Shown here piece after piece: positions 28,866 to 37,632 of a DNA stretch of 64,000 nt. The DNA is taken from assembly GCA_035264165.1 (NCBI GenBank), contig DATFQN010000093.1, positions 18,258 to 82,257 of the forward strand. Direction: 5' to 3'. The DNA is from Gaiellaceae bacterium (lineage in GTDB: Bacteria > Actinomycetota > Thermoleophilia > Gaiellales > Gaiellaceae). Within the stretch, counting starts at the first letter, position 1. Each line of letters starts with the position of its first letter. A model generated the notes under the pieces. That model saw only the letters and a program-made list of their open reading frames with translations, was not told where the DNA came from and made no database searches. A program made the position numbers and the translations under genes.

Positions 28866-29201
28866 ATGCCTCAGGAAGCGTGGAGCAACAAGCGCGAACG
28901 TCAGTACGAGCACATCAAGGACAGCGCGAAGGAGCGCGGCGCATCCACGAAGAGAGCCAAGGAGATCGCGGCGCGCACCGTGAACAAGGAGCGCGCCCGC
29001 TCGGGTGAGGCCAGGACCGCGTCGCGCACGTCGAGACGGGACATCTCCTCCGGCCGCCGCGGCGGGCTCCGCTCGGGTACCAACCGCCCGAAGGGCCGCA
29101 CGAAGGAGCAGCTCTACAACGAGGCCAAGCGGATGAACATCTCGGGGCGCTCGAAGATGAACAAGCAGCAGCTCCAGCGGGCGGTCGACCGCCGGAAGTA
29201 A
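28866..29201 (+). CDS. small basic protein with C-terminal Rho_N/HeH-like motif
   Basis: 111 aa, Lys/Arg-rich. The C-terminal TKEQLYNEAKRMNISGRSKMNKQQLQRAV resembles the Rho N-terminal (SAP/HeH) motif. Confidence 0.65.
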   Translation: MPQEAWSNKRERQYEHIKDSAKERGASTKRAKEIAARTVNKERARSGEARTASRTSRRDISSGRRGGLRSGTNRPKGRTKEQLYNEAKRMNISGRSKMNKQQLQRAVDRRK

Positions 29202-29230
29202 GAACGACACCATCTGCGACACGGAGTCGG

Positions 29231-29950
29231 GTGACTATCCTTCCCGGCTCCGTGCGCCCCAAGACCCTGGACCACGTCGCGTACTGGCTCGAGGACCGCG
29301 ACCGGATCGCGGATTTCCTCACCGACCACGTAGGCATGCATGTGATCGAGCGCACCGACCGCTTCACGCTCGTCGGTCGCGACGCGCTCAAGGGCAAGCT
29401 GACGCTTTTCGAGGCGGAGGGGCTGCGGGAGCGCGGCGCCCTCAAGCACGTGGCGCTGCGGGTCAACGACCTCGACGCGGCGCTCGCCGAGCTCCCCGAT
29501 GGCTCCCTCTTCGAGCGCGAGGACGGGATCGCACTGCTCGACCTCGGCGACGACGTCATCGTCGGCCTGGTCGAGGCTGAGACCGAGACCGACTACGACC
29601 TCGACCACGTCGCGCTCTTTTCGGCTAATCCCGAGGCGACGGCGGCCAAGTACCGCGACTACGGGTTCGAAGCGGCTGAGCGGGCGCCGTCCGGCGCTCC
29701 TCGGGTCGAGGTCGCCGGCGCGTTCGTCGAGTTGCACGAGGGAGACCCGGGCGACCCCGAACGCCCGCTGCTGAACCACCTCGCGGTGCTCGTCGACTCC
29801 GCCGAGCAGCATCGCGCGGCCGCCGAGGAGCGCGAGATCGAGGTGCAGGACTTCGTCGACGCCCCCAATACGCTCGCCGTGTTCGTGTGGCTGCCCGAGC
29901 GTGTGCGGCTCGAGTACGTCGAACACAAGCCGACGTTCGCACTGAGCTGA
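29231..29950 (+). CDS. two-domain VOC (glyoxalase/bleomycin resistance/dioxygenase) family protein
   Basis: GTG 29231. Two repeats begin LDHVAYW and LDHVALF/LNHLAVLV, as expected for paired beta-alpha-beta-beta-beta modules. Confidence 0.7.
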   Translation: MTILPGSVRPKTLDHVAYWLEDRDRIADFLTDHVGMHVIERTDRFTLVGRDALKGKLTLFEAEGLRERGALKHVALRVNDLDAALAELPDGSLFEREDGIALLDLGDDVIVGLVEAETETDYDLDHVALFSANPEATAAKYRDYGFEAAERAPSGAPRVEVAGAFVELHEGDPGDPERPLLNHLAVLVDSAEQHRAAAEEREIEVQDFVDAPNTLAVFVWLPERVRLEYVEHKPTFALS

Positions 29951-30948
29951 GAATCGCCGGGGCCGGAATGGCCGGCCTGTGCGCCGCCGCCAGGGCGCTG
30001 GAGCTCGGCGCGCGGCCCGTCGTCTACGAGAAGGGCACGCGGCCGGGCGGATCGATGCTTCTCTCCAGCGGGTTCGTCTGGCGCTATCGCTCGCACGAGC
30101 TCTTGCGCGAACAGTGCCCCGGAGGCGATCCCGAGCTCCAGCGCCTGATCCTGGAGCGCTTCGACGACGCGGTCGACTGGCTCGAGGCCTGCGGCGTCGA
30201 GCTCCTGACCCGCGAGACAGGCAACCCGCTGACGGTCGGGGCGCGATTCAACCCGCGGCAGCTCGTACAGGTCCTTGCTCGAGACGTCCGCCTCGGCGAG
30301 GCCACCGACGACCCGACGATCCTCGCCACCGGCGGCTTCCCGGGGAGGCTTGCCCGGGAGCGGGGCCTGCTGCTGCGCGCCAACCCGTGGAGCGACGGCG
30401 ACGGCCTCGACCTGGCGCTCGAGCGAGGCGCGCAGACGGCGGGTGACCTGGACGAGTTCTACGGACGGGCGATGCCGGCGGTGGAGGAGCTGACGGAAGA
30501 CGACTTCGTCCGCCTGGCGCAGCTCTACGGACGCTACGCCACCGTCACCTCGGAAGACGGCACGGAGACATTCGAGGGCGAGCCGAGCTGGTCGGAGATC
30601 GACCTCGTCCAGCTGATCGCGCGATGGCCCGGCGGAACGGCCTGGTACACGGTCGACGACGCCGTGCTCGACGAGCGCGTGCGGGACCGGACAGTTCGGG
30701 AGATGATCGAAATGGCCAATGCCGCCGGGGCACCGGTCCGGGAAGAGGCCGGCCGGACCTCCGTGCTCGTCCGCGCCGCCGTCACCCAGACGCTCGGCGG
30801 AATCCGCGTCGACACGAGTGCCCGAGCCGCCGATGGCCTCTTCGTCGCCGGTGCGGATGTCGGCGGCATCGCGACCGGCGGCTGGTCGAGCGGCCTTGGC
30901 ACGGCGCTCGTGCTCGGCCTCGTCGCGGCCGAGTCCGTGCTCGCCTAG
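29887..30948 (+). CDS. FAD-binding oxidoreductase (fumarate reductase/succinate dehydrogenase flavoprotein-like)
   Basis: Dinucleotide motif LRIAGAGMAGLCAA...VVYEK, and C-terminal GGIRVD...GLFVAGADVGG. The start is either GTG 29887 (64-nt overlap with the VOC gene) or CTG 29947 (overlaps the VOC TGA). ATG 29968 would destroy the GxGxxG strand. Confidence 0.75.
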   Translation: MAARACAARVRRTQADVRTELRIAGAGMAGLCAAARALELGARPVVYEKGTRPGGSMLLSSGFVWRYRSHELLREQCPGGDPELQRLILERFDDAVDWLEACGVELLTRETGNPLTVGARFNPRQLVQVLARDVRLGEATDDPTILATGGFPGRLARERGLLLRANPWSDGDGLDLALERGAQTAGDLDEFYGRAMPAVEELTEDDFVRLAQLYGRYATVTSEDGTETFEGEPSWSEIDLVQLIARWPGGTAWYTVDDAVLDERVRDRTVREMIEMANAAGAPVREEAGRTSVLVRAAVTQTLGGIRVDTSARAADGLFVAGADVGGIATGGWSSGLGTALVLGLVAAESVLA

Positions 30949-31124
30949 GCAGCCTGCAAGTACGCGCAGCGGCGGTTGTCGGCCGGCAACGGCGAAGGGC
31001 CGATACGCGTCACGACCATCCGCCCCTCGTCCTCGTCGAGAACCGAACCCAGCGAGGGCACGTCGCCGTCGCGCTCCCGGAGCTCGTAGCCCGTCGGTTT
31101 CCAGATGAAGAGCAGGTACTGCAC
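30945..31124 (-). CDS. candidate 59-aa small protein downstream of the histidine kinase (not in the ORF track)
   Basis: Hand translation from GTG 31124: VQYLLFIWKPTGYELRERDGDVPSLGSVLDEDEGRMVVTRIGPSPLPADNRRCAYLQAA, ending at TAG. Starts 12 nt after the kinase stop. Composition looks protein-like but there is no clear SD. Confidence 0.4.
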   Translation of the reverse strand: MQYLLFIWKPTGYELRERDGDVPSLGSVLDEDEGRMVVTRIGPSPLPADNRRCAYLQAA

Positions 31125-31136
31125 GCGCGGGCGATC

Positions 31137-31967
31137 CTAGCGTTGCGCCGTGTAGGGCGGGAGGGTGATTCGGACCGCGGTGCCGGCGCCGTCCGGGCTC
31201 GTGTCCACGTCCACTTGCCCCTGAAGCGTCCGCGCCCGCTCCTCGAGCGCCTCGAAGGTGCGCCGGCGCCGCTCGCCGGAGCCGTCGTCCGTGATCACGG
31301 CCTCGACGCCTCCGCCGCCGGCCTCCGCGATCCTCACCGAGATCGTCGTTGGGGGGCCGCGCCGGATCGCCGAGTCGAGCGACTCGCGGATGATCTGGTA
31401 GAGGACGACCTGCGCGCGGTCGGCCAACGACTCGCCGGCGGCGATGTCGAGCTCGACGCGGATGCGATGCGATTCCTCGAGCTGATCGGCGAGGGCGTTG
31501 ACGGCCGGCACGAAGCCCTGATCGCGGAGGACGACGGGCTCGAGCGCGAAGGACAAGTCGCGCAGCTCGCGGATCGTCGCCCGCTGCCGGTCCATCGCGG
31601 AGTGCAAGATCTGCTTCGCGTCCTCTGTCGCGCCACGGTCGATCGCGTCGACGACGCCGTCGAGCATCAGCGCGATCCCGGACATCGCCTGGACGGGCAC
31701 GTCGTGCAGGAAGAGGGCGAGCCGGCGGCGCTCGTCTTGCTCCGCCGTCACGAGCTGGTCCGAGAGACGCGCGCGCTCGGCTTCGCGCTCTTGGGCGCGG
31801 AGGAGGTAGATGGCGAGCGTCGCGGCTGCGGCGATCGCGAGACCGAGCGCGACGAACGCCAGGAGTGATGCGTCGAGCACGATGCCGAGGAGCGCTGCGA
31901 GCGCGGCGGCGGCGACGGCCCCCACCAAGATCGCGGCGCTAGTCGATGATCGCTTCGCGAAGCGCAA
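31137..31967 (-). CDS. NarL-class sensor histidine kinase (HisKA_3 + HATPase)
   Basis: Two N-terminal TM helices, H-box EQDERRRLALFLHDVPVQ, then ATPase region LYQIIRESLDSAI...ITDDGSG...GTAVRITLP. Start is TTG 31967 (29-nt overlap with the regulator) or TTG 31928 / GTG 31925. Confidence 0.85.
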   Translation of the reverse strand: MRFAKRSSTSAAILVGAVAAAALAALLGIVLDASLLAFVALGLAIAAAATLAIYLLRAQEREAERARLSDQLVTAEQDERRRLALFLHDVPVQAMSGIALMLDGVVDAIDRGATEDAKQILHSAMDRQRATIRELRDLSFALEPVVLRDQGFVPAVNALADQLEESHRIRVELDIAAGESLADRAQVVLYQIIRESLDSAIRRGPPTTISVRIAEAGGGGVEAVITDDGSGERRRRTFEALEERARTLQGQVDVDTSPDGAGTAVRITLPPYTAQR

Positions 31968-32583
31968 TCGCCACCGCGTGCGTCCGCGTATCCGCCTCGA
32001 GCTTCGTGAGGATGTGGCGCACGTGGCTCTTCACGGTCTCCTGGCTGATGAAGAGCCGTGCCGCGACGTCCGCGTTAGACATCCCGTCGGCGAGCAGCTG
32101 CAGGATCTCCCGCTCGCGGGCGGTGAGCATGTCGTCGCGATCGCCCGGGAGGAAGGCGGGCATCAGCGCCGGGTCGACGTAGCCGTCGCCGGCCGCGATC
32201 TTCTCGATCGCTTTGACGAGCGTCTGGTGGGGCGCCTCCTTGAGGATGTAGCCCTTGGCGCCCGACTCCAGCCCGCGGCTCAAGAGGCTCCGCTCGCTGT
32301 AGGCCGTGAAGATCAGCACCGACGTTTCCGGCACCTTCGCCGTCAGGTGCTTGGTCGCCTCGAGTCCATCCATTCCGGGCATCCGCACATCCATGATCAC
32401 GACGTTCGGCTTCCGGCGCTCGGCGAGGGACACGGCGGAGGCACCGTCGGAGGCCTCGCCGATCACGCGAATGTGCGGCGCGCGCGAAAGAGACAGGCGG
32501 AGCCCTTCGCGGACGACCTCGTGGTCGTCGACGATCAGGCAGGTGATCTCGTTGCCGCCGTCGGCGCTCGGCTCCTGTGCCAC
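31939..32583 (-). CDS. NarL/LuxR-family response regulator
   Basis: Receiver motifs CLIVDDHEVV, VVIMDVRMPGMDG, LIFTAY and GYILKEAP. C-terminal LuxR HTH LTAREREILQLLADGMSNADVAARLFISQETVKSHVRHIL. Confidence 0.92.
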   Translation of the reverse strand: MAQEPSADGGNEITCLIVDDHEVVREGLRLSLSRAPHIRVIGEASDGASAVSLAERRKPNVVIMDVRMPGMDGLEATKHLTAKVPETSVLIFTAYSERSLLSRGLESGAKGYILKEAPHQTLVKAIEKIAAGDGYVDPALMPAFLPGDRDDMLTAREREILQLLADGMSNADVAARLFISQETVKSHVRHILTKLEADTRTHAVAIALREAIID

Positions 32584-32634
32584 GGGAGACGGATTCTAGG
32601 GTGGGGGGCGGATTCCCTGTCCAAATGGGCTGCG

Positions 32635-33531
32635 CTAGACGGCGAGCGCCAGCTGCTCGTCGTGCTGCGTCCCGTCGAGCGGCTTCTCGCGGCGGTCCTT
32701 GACGCCGTACTCTCGAGCGAGCGCCGACACCTGCTGCCGCAGCGGCTTTGCCTCCCCGCTCCGCAGGTAAGCACGGCCCTCGTAGAGCTCGAGGTAGTGC
32801 GGGAGCTGTTCGGGCCAGTCCTCGGCGAGGTGCTCGAGGAAATGCTCGCGCGTCCCCGGGCGGAGGAAGAGCAGGTTCGTCCAGATGCCGGTCGCGCCCG
32901 CGTCGCGCGCCGCTTTCACGACCTCGCGCAGCTGCTCTGGCTTATCAGAGATCCCGGGGAGAATCGGTGCCATCCCAACGCCCACCTTGATCCCTGCATC
33001 GACGAGCTCCTTCACTGCGCGCAGCCGTTGGCGTGGGTGGGCGGTGCTCGGCTCCGTCTTGCTCCAGACCTCGTCGTCCAGCGTCGGGATCGAGAAGGTG
33101 ATCGAGACCTTCGCGCGCCGAGCCGCGTCCGTGAGGACGTCGAGGTCGCGGACGATCATCGGGCCGCGTGTGATCAGGCTGAACGGGTTCGAGGCCTCGG
33201 CGAAGGCCTCGAGGCAGCCGCGCGTCAGCTTGTAGCGGCCCTCGGCCGGCTGGTAGGGGTCTGTCGCGGCGCCCACGGCGACCGACTCGCCCTCCCAGGA
33301 AGCGCGCGCGAGCTCCTTCCGGAGCACCTCGACGACATTGACCTTGACGCGGATGGACGTCCCGTAGCGGTCGTCCGAGGAACGGTCGGCGCGACGCTCG
33401 AAGGCGCGGACGTAGCAGAACGTGCACCGGTGCACACATCCCATGTACGGGTTCAGCGACCAGTCGAACGCCATACCCTTGACCCGGTTCAGCGCGCTCC
33501 GACAGGGCTCTTCGCGGTAGTCGACCCGCAT
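32635..33531 (-). CDS. radical SAM protein (SplB/Rv2578c-like family)
   Basis: CxxxCxxC motif in NPYMGCVHRCTFCYV; 298 aa. Confidence 0.8.
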   Translation of the reverse strand: MRVDYREEPCRSALNRVKGMAFDWSLNPYMGCVHRCTFCYVRAFERRADRSSDDRYGTSIRVKVNVVEVLRKELARASWEGESVAVGAATDPYQPAEGRYKLTRGCLEAFAEASNPFSLITRGPMIVRDLDVLTDAARRAKVSITFSIPTLDDEVWSKTEPSTAHPRQRLRAVKELVDAGIKVGVGMAPILPGISDKPEQLREVVKAARDAGATGIWTNLLFLRPGTREHFLEHLAEDWPEQLPHYLELYEGRAYLRSGEAKPLRQQVSALAREYGVKDRREKPLDGTQHDEQLALAV

Positions 33532-33538
33532 GGCGAAC

Positions 33539-33544
33539 AGTGTA
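33539..33544 (-). promoter_or_regulatory. -10-like TACACT placed for a leaderless radical SAM transcript
   Basis: The minus strand reads TACACT-GTTCGCC-ATG: a TANNNT hexamer 7 nt before the start codon, with no SD. Confidence 0.3.
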
Positions 33545-33583
33545 GAACATACGTTCGTCTCCCGGCGACGTCAGACCCGTTCC

Positions 33584-33589
33584 TATAAT
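33584..33589 (+). promoter_or_regulatory. consensus -10 hexamer TATAAT upstream of the CNNM/CorC gene
   Basis: A perfect TATAAT inside a GC-rich 117-nt divergent intergenic region, 60 nt before ATG 33649. No good -35 was seen. Confidence 0.35.
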
Positions 33590-33648
33590 CCGAAGACTTC
33601 CTTGGACGACGACCGACCGCCCAGTACCCAGGCCCCGGAGAGCGGGGC

Positions 33649-34953
33649 ATGAGCGAGTTCCTCAGGATCGTTGCTGTTCTCCTGCTCGTGCTGGGGAATG
33701 CGTTCTTCGTCGCGGCCGAGTACGCGCTGGTCACCGCGCGTCGCTCGCGCCTCCGTGAGCTGGCCGACGCGGGCAGCCTGCGCGCTCGGATCGCGTTGCG
33801 GATCATGGACAGCCCGGTCCGCTTCATCGGCACGGTGCAGCTCGGCATCACCGCCTTCTCGATCGCGCTCGGCGCAATCGGGGAGCCGCTCCTCGAACAC
33901 TTCCTCGACCCCATTTTCGCGACGACGGTCTCGTTCATCCTCGCCTTCTCGATCGTGACCTATCTCCACGTGACTCTCGGGGAGCTGGTGCCGAAGGCGA
34001 TCGCCCTAACGAAGAACGAATCGACCGCCCTCTGGGTGGCATTGCCCGTCGAGGCGTTTTACGTCGCCACCTACCCGCTCGTCTGGTTTCTCCAGGAGTC
34101 TTCGAACCAGTTCACGCGTCTGTTCGGAATCGAGCCGGCGCCCGCCGGAGTCGTCGCTCACACCGAAGAGGACATCCGCATGATCGTCGCGGCGGCCGGC
34201 GAGACCGGTGTCGTCGAAGAGGTGGAGGAGGAGATGTTCTACAAGGTCTTCGACTTCGCCGACAAGGAAGTGCACGAAGTGATGGTCCCGCGGCCGGAGG
34301 TGGTTGCGATCTCGGTCGACCTCCCGGCGCGCGAGTGCCTCGCCGCCGTCGTCGACTCGCCGTACACGCGGTATCCGGCGTACAAGGACTCGCTCGACCA
34401 GATCGTCGGCATCCTCCATGTCCGCGACCTCTTCAAGGCCCTGTACGAACACGGCGTCGACAATGTCGTGATCGCCGACCTGCTCCGCAAGCCCTATTTC
34501 GTGCCGGAGACCAAGGACCTTGCGGCGCTCCTGGCCGAGTTCCGCCAGCAGAACCACCACATGGCGATCGTCGTCGACGAGTACGGCTCGATGCAGGGGA
34601 TCGTGACGTTGGAGGATTTGCTCGAGGAAATCGTCGGGGAGATCGAGGACGAGTTCGACCTGCCGGACGAATCGCTGGAGCGGATCGACGAACGCACGAT
34701 CCGCGTCCACGGCACCTTCCCGATCGACGACTTCAACGAGCAGTTCCAGCTGTCGATGCCGCACCAGGACTACCACACACTCGCCGGCTACGTCTTCGGC
34801 TTGCTCGGCAGGGCGCCGGAGGACGGCGACCAAGTGATCTGGAACGGGCTCAAGTTCAAGGTCATCGACGTGGACGGACAGCGAATCGAGAGACTTCAGG
34901 TCGAGTTCCTTCCGCCGGAGGAGGCTGAAGCGACGCAGGCGGAGGCCGGCTGA
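33649..34953 (+). CDS. hemolysin/CNNM-family protein (DUF21 - CBS pair - CorC_HlyC)
   Basis: N-terminal DUF21 membrane domain (FFVAAEYALV), a CBS pair (VHEVMVPRPEV..., HHMAIVVDEYGSMQGIVTLEDLLEEIVGEI) and a C-terminal CorC_HlyC domain. Confidence 0.88.
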   Translation: MSEFLRIVAVLLLVLGNAFFVAAEYALVTARRSRLRELADAGSLRARIALRIMDSPVRFIGTVQLGITAFSIALGAIGEPLLEHFLDPIFATTVSFILAFSIVTYLHVTLGELVPKAIALTKNESTALWVALPVEAFYVATYPLVWFLQESSNQFTRLFGIEPAPAGVVAHTEEDIRMIVAAAGETGVVEEVEEEMFYKVFDFADKEVHEVMVPRPEVVAISVDLPARECLAAVVDSPYTRYPAYKDSLDQIVGILHVRDLFKALYEHGVDNVVIADLLRKPYFVPETKDLAALLAEFRQQNHHMAIVVDEYGSMQGIVTLEDLLEEIVGEIEDEFDLPDESLERIDERTIRVHGTFPIDDFNEQFQLSMPHQDYHTLAGYVFGLLGRAPEDGDQVIWNGLKFKVIDVDGQRIERLQVEFLPPEEAEATQAEAG

Positions 34954-35000
34954 CCGTTCCCCGGGGCTTCGCGGGGGCCGAGGCGCCTCCGTCGTGGCCG

Positions 35001-37001
35001 GTGCTTCCCGGGACACCGCGGCCGGGGCGCCTCGACCTCGCGATCGACGTCCTCAAGGGCGTGGGTCCGACCGTGAAGAAGAAGCTGGCGAAGCTTGGGC
35101 TCGCCACGGTCGGCGACGCGCTCTCCTACCGACCGCACCGCTACGAGCCGGCCGCGCCCGATCGGCGGATCACGGAGCTCTTCGGCGACGACGAGGCCGT
35201 GATCGCCGGCGAGGTACGCAGCACGCGCCTGCAGCGGGCGAGGCGTCTGAAGCTGGTCAAGGCGCGCGTGGCCGACGAGACCGGTGAGATCACGGCCGTT
35301 TGGTTCAACCAGGCGTGGCTGGCGGAACGGCTCGTCCCCGGGATGCAGGTGCGGCTCCGCGGCTCTCTCCGCGGAAGCGAGTTCGCGGTGCGCTCCTACG
35401 ACCTCGACGGCGTCGCCTCGACCGCGGACTTCGCGCCGGTCTACCCGGCCACCGAGGACATAACCGTCAAGAAGCTTCGCGAGGTCGTCGGCGGGGCGCT
35501 CGAGTACGCGCGCGACGTCGTGGACCCTCTCCCGGCCAAGCTCAAGGCGGCCGCCGGGTTTCCGGTCCGCGCGGACGCCGTGGCCGCGCTGCATCGCCCC
35601 CGCGAGGAGGCCGACGGCGAGCGCGCCCGGCGGCGTCTCGCCTTCGACGAGCTGCTGGTGCTGCAGCTCGGACTGGCTCGGCGCCGGCAGGGGAGAGAGC
35701 AGGAGCACGCCACTCCGCTCGGCGCTGCCGGCGAGCTCGTCGCGCGATACCGCGAAGCGCTTCCGTTCCGCCTCACACCGGATCAGGAGCAGGCGATCGC
35801 CGAGATCGACGCCGACCTCGCCGGCGAGCTGCCGATGGAGCGGCTGCTCCAGGGCGACGTCGGCTCGGGGAAGACCGTCGTCGCGCTCTACGTCCTCCTG
35901 CGGGCGGTGGAGGCGGGTCATCGCGGCGCGCTGATGGCGCCGACGGAGACGCTGGCGGAGCAGCATTTCCTGACAATCGAGCCGATCTGCCTCGAGCTCG
36001 GCGTGCCCTCCGCGCTCCTGACGCGCTCCGTGAAGCACGACGTCGCCGAGGCGCGGATCGTCGTGGGGACGCACGCGCTGATCCAGGAAGGCGTCGAGCT
36101 CGGCGATCTGGCCGTGGCCGTCGTGGACGAGCAGCATCGCTTCGGAGTCGAGCAGCGGGCGGCGATCAAGGCGGGCCGGAGGCCGCACACGCTGCACATG
36201 ACCGCCACGCCGATCCCGAGGACGCTGGCCCTGACGGTCTACGGCGACCTCTCGGTAACGGAGATCGCCAAGCCGCCCGCGAACCGCAAGCCGATCGTGA
36301 CCAGCTGGATCTCGGAGGAGCGGGCGTCGGAGGCATACCGCCGTCTCACGCGTCTGCTCAAGGAAGGCCGGCAGGCCTACGTCGTGTGTCCGCTGATCGA
36401 GCAGTCCGAAACCAGCCGTGCACGGGCCGCCGAGCAGGAGGCCGAGCGGTTGCAGCGGGCCGAGCTGCGGGGTTTCCGCGTCGGCTGCCTCCACGGGAAG
36501 CTGAAGACCGACGCCCGCCGCGACCTGATGGCGCGCTTCAAGGCCGGAGAGCTCGACGTCCTCGTCGCGACGACGGTGATCGAGGTAGGCGTCGACGTTT
36601 CGAACGCGACAGTGATGATCGTCCAGGAGGCAGACCGGTTCGGGCTCGCGCAGCTGCATCAGCTCCGTGGTCGGGTGGGGAGGGGCGCCGAGCAGTCGTA
36701 CTGCCTGCTCGTGTCGCGGCGGAAGGAAGAGCTGACCGAGAGCGCCGTGGAGCGGCTGGAAGCAATGGTCCGGACGACGGACGGCTTCGAGCTCGCCGAG
36801 GTCGACTTGGAGCTACGGGGCGAAGGTCAGCTGCTCGGGACCCGTCAGTCGGGCCTGACGGACTTCCGTTTCGCGAAGCTCCGCGCCGACCGCGACCTCC
36901 TCGAGGAAGCGCGCGAGATCGCCGAGCGCCTCGTCGACTACAAGGGCCCGCTGAACGACGAAGTCGAGCGGCTCTTCGCCGACCACGACCTCGCCGCCTG
37001 A
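35001..37001 (+). CDS. recG: ATP-dependent DNA helicase RecG
   Basis: Has LKGVGP...LGLATVGDAL, a wedge domain, helicase motifs GDVGSGKTVVA, VVDEQHRFGV, TATPIPRTL and QLHQLRGRVGRG. Confidence 0.93.
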   Translation: MLPGTPRPGRLDLAIDVLKGVGPTVKKKLAKLGLATVGDALSYRPHRYEPAAPDRRITELFGDDEAVIAGEVRSTRLQRARRLKLVKARVADETGEITAVWFNQAWLAERLVPGMQVRLRGSLRGSEFAVRSYDLDGVASTADFAPVYPATEDITVKKLREVVGGALEYARDVVDPLPAKLKAAAGFPVRADAVAALHRPREEADGERARRRLAFDELLVLQLGLARRRQGREQEHATPLGAAGELVARYREALPFRLTPDQEQAIAEIDADLAGELPMERLLQGDVGSGKTVVALYVLLRAVEAGHRGALMAPTETLAEQHFLTIEPICLELGVPSALLTRSVKHDVAEARIVVGTHALIQEGVELGDLAVAVVDEQHRFGVEQRAAIKAGRRPHTLHMTATPIPRTLALTVYGDLSVTEIAKPPANRKPIVTSWISEERASEAYRRLTRLLKEGRQAYVVCPLIEQSETSRARAAEQEAERLQRAELRGFRVGCLHGKLKTDARRDLMARFKAGELDVLVATTVIEVGVDVSNATVMIVQEADRFGLAQLHQLRGRVGRGAEQSYCLLVSRRKEELTESAVERLEAMVRTTDGFELAEVDLELRGEGQLLGTRQSGLTDFRFAKLRADRDLLEEAREIAERLVDYKGPLNDEVERLFADHDLAA

Positions 37002-37056
37002 AGCCTGTGGATCCTTCGTCTCACTTTCGACGCCAGCCGACCCTTGACGCCGAAAG

Positions 37057-37632
37057 GTGTCCGACACCGATTCGACGCAAGTGGCCGTTGGGGGCATGAG
37101 GATCATCGCCGGGGAGAAGCGGGGCGCGAAGATCGTCGCCCCCAAGGGTCACGACACGCGGCCGACGAGTGACCGGGCGCGGGAGTCGGCGTTCAACCTG
37201 ATCGGACCCGTCGATGACGCGGCGGTGCTAGACCTGTTTGCCGGCTCCGGCGCCTACGGCCTCGAGGCGCTCTCGCGCGGCGCCGCGTCGGCGGTGTTCG
37301 CGGAGTCCGACCCGGCCGCCTGCGCGGCGATCCGGCACAACCTGCGGAAGCTCGCCTTGACCGGCGCGACCGTCCTCTGCCGCGACGCCATCCAGGTGCT
37401 GGCGCAGGAGGCTGGAGCAGGCAGGCGGTACGATCTCGTGCTCGCCGACCCGCCGTACCGAGAGTTCTCCTCCGTGCAAGCCGGCCTCGCTACCTACGTC
37501 CCCGAAGTCCTCGCCGAAAAAGGGCTCGCCGTGATCGAGACGCATGCGAAGGAGGAGCCGGAGCTGCCGCTCGTGACGCGGACGAGCCGAAGGTACGGCT
37601 CGGCGCGCCTGACCCTCTTCGAACACCCGTGA
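37057..37632 (+). CDS. rsmD: 16S rRNA (guanine966-N2)-methyltransferase RsmD
   Basis: Has MRIIAGEKRG...TRPTSDRARESAFN, LDLFAGSGAYGLEA and LADPPY. GTG 37057 is the first start; ATG 37096 gives the typical MRIIAG N-terminus. Confidence 0.85.
   Translation: MSDTDSTQVAVGGMRIIAGEKRGAKIVAPKGHDTRPTSDRARESAFNLIGPVDDAAVLDLFAGSGAYGLEALSRGAASAVFAESDPAACAAIRHNLRKLALTGATVLCRDAIQVLAQEAGAGRRYDLVLADPPYREFSSVQAGLATYVPEVLAEKGLAVIETHAKEEPELPLVTRTSRRYGSARLTLFEHP

Noticed and set aside
31810-33588. 592-aa plus-strand ORF across the response regulator and radical SAM genes
   Set aside because: It is antisense to two genes with clear motifs (a LuxR-type regulator and a CxxxCxxC radical SAM protein), and its composition is typical of artefact frames.
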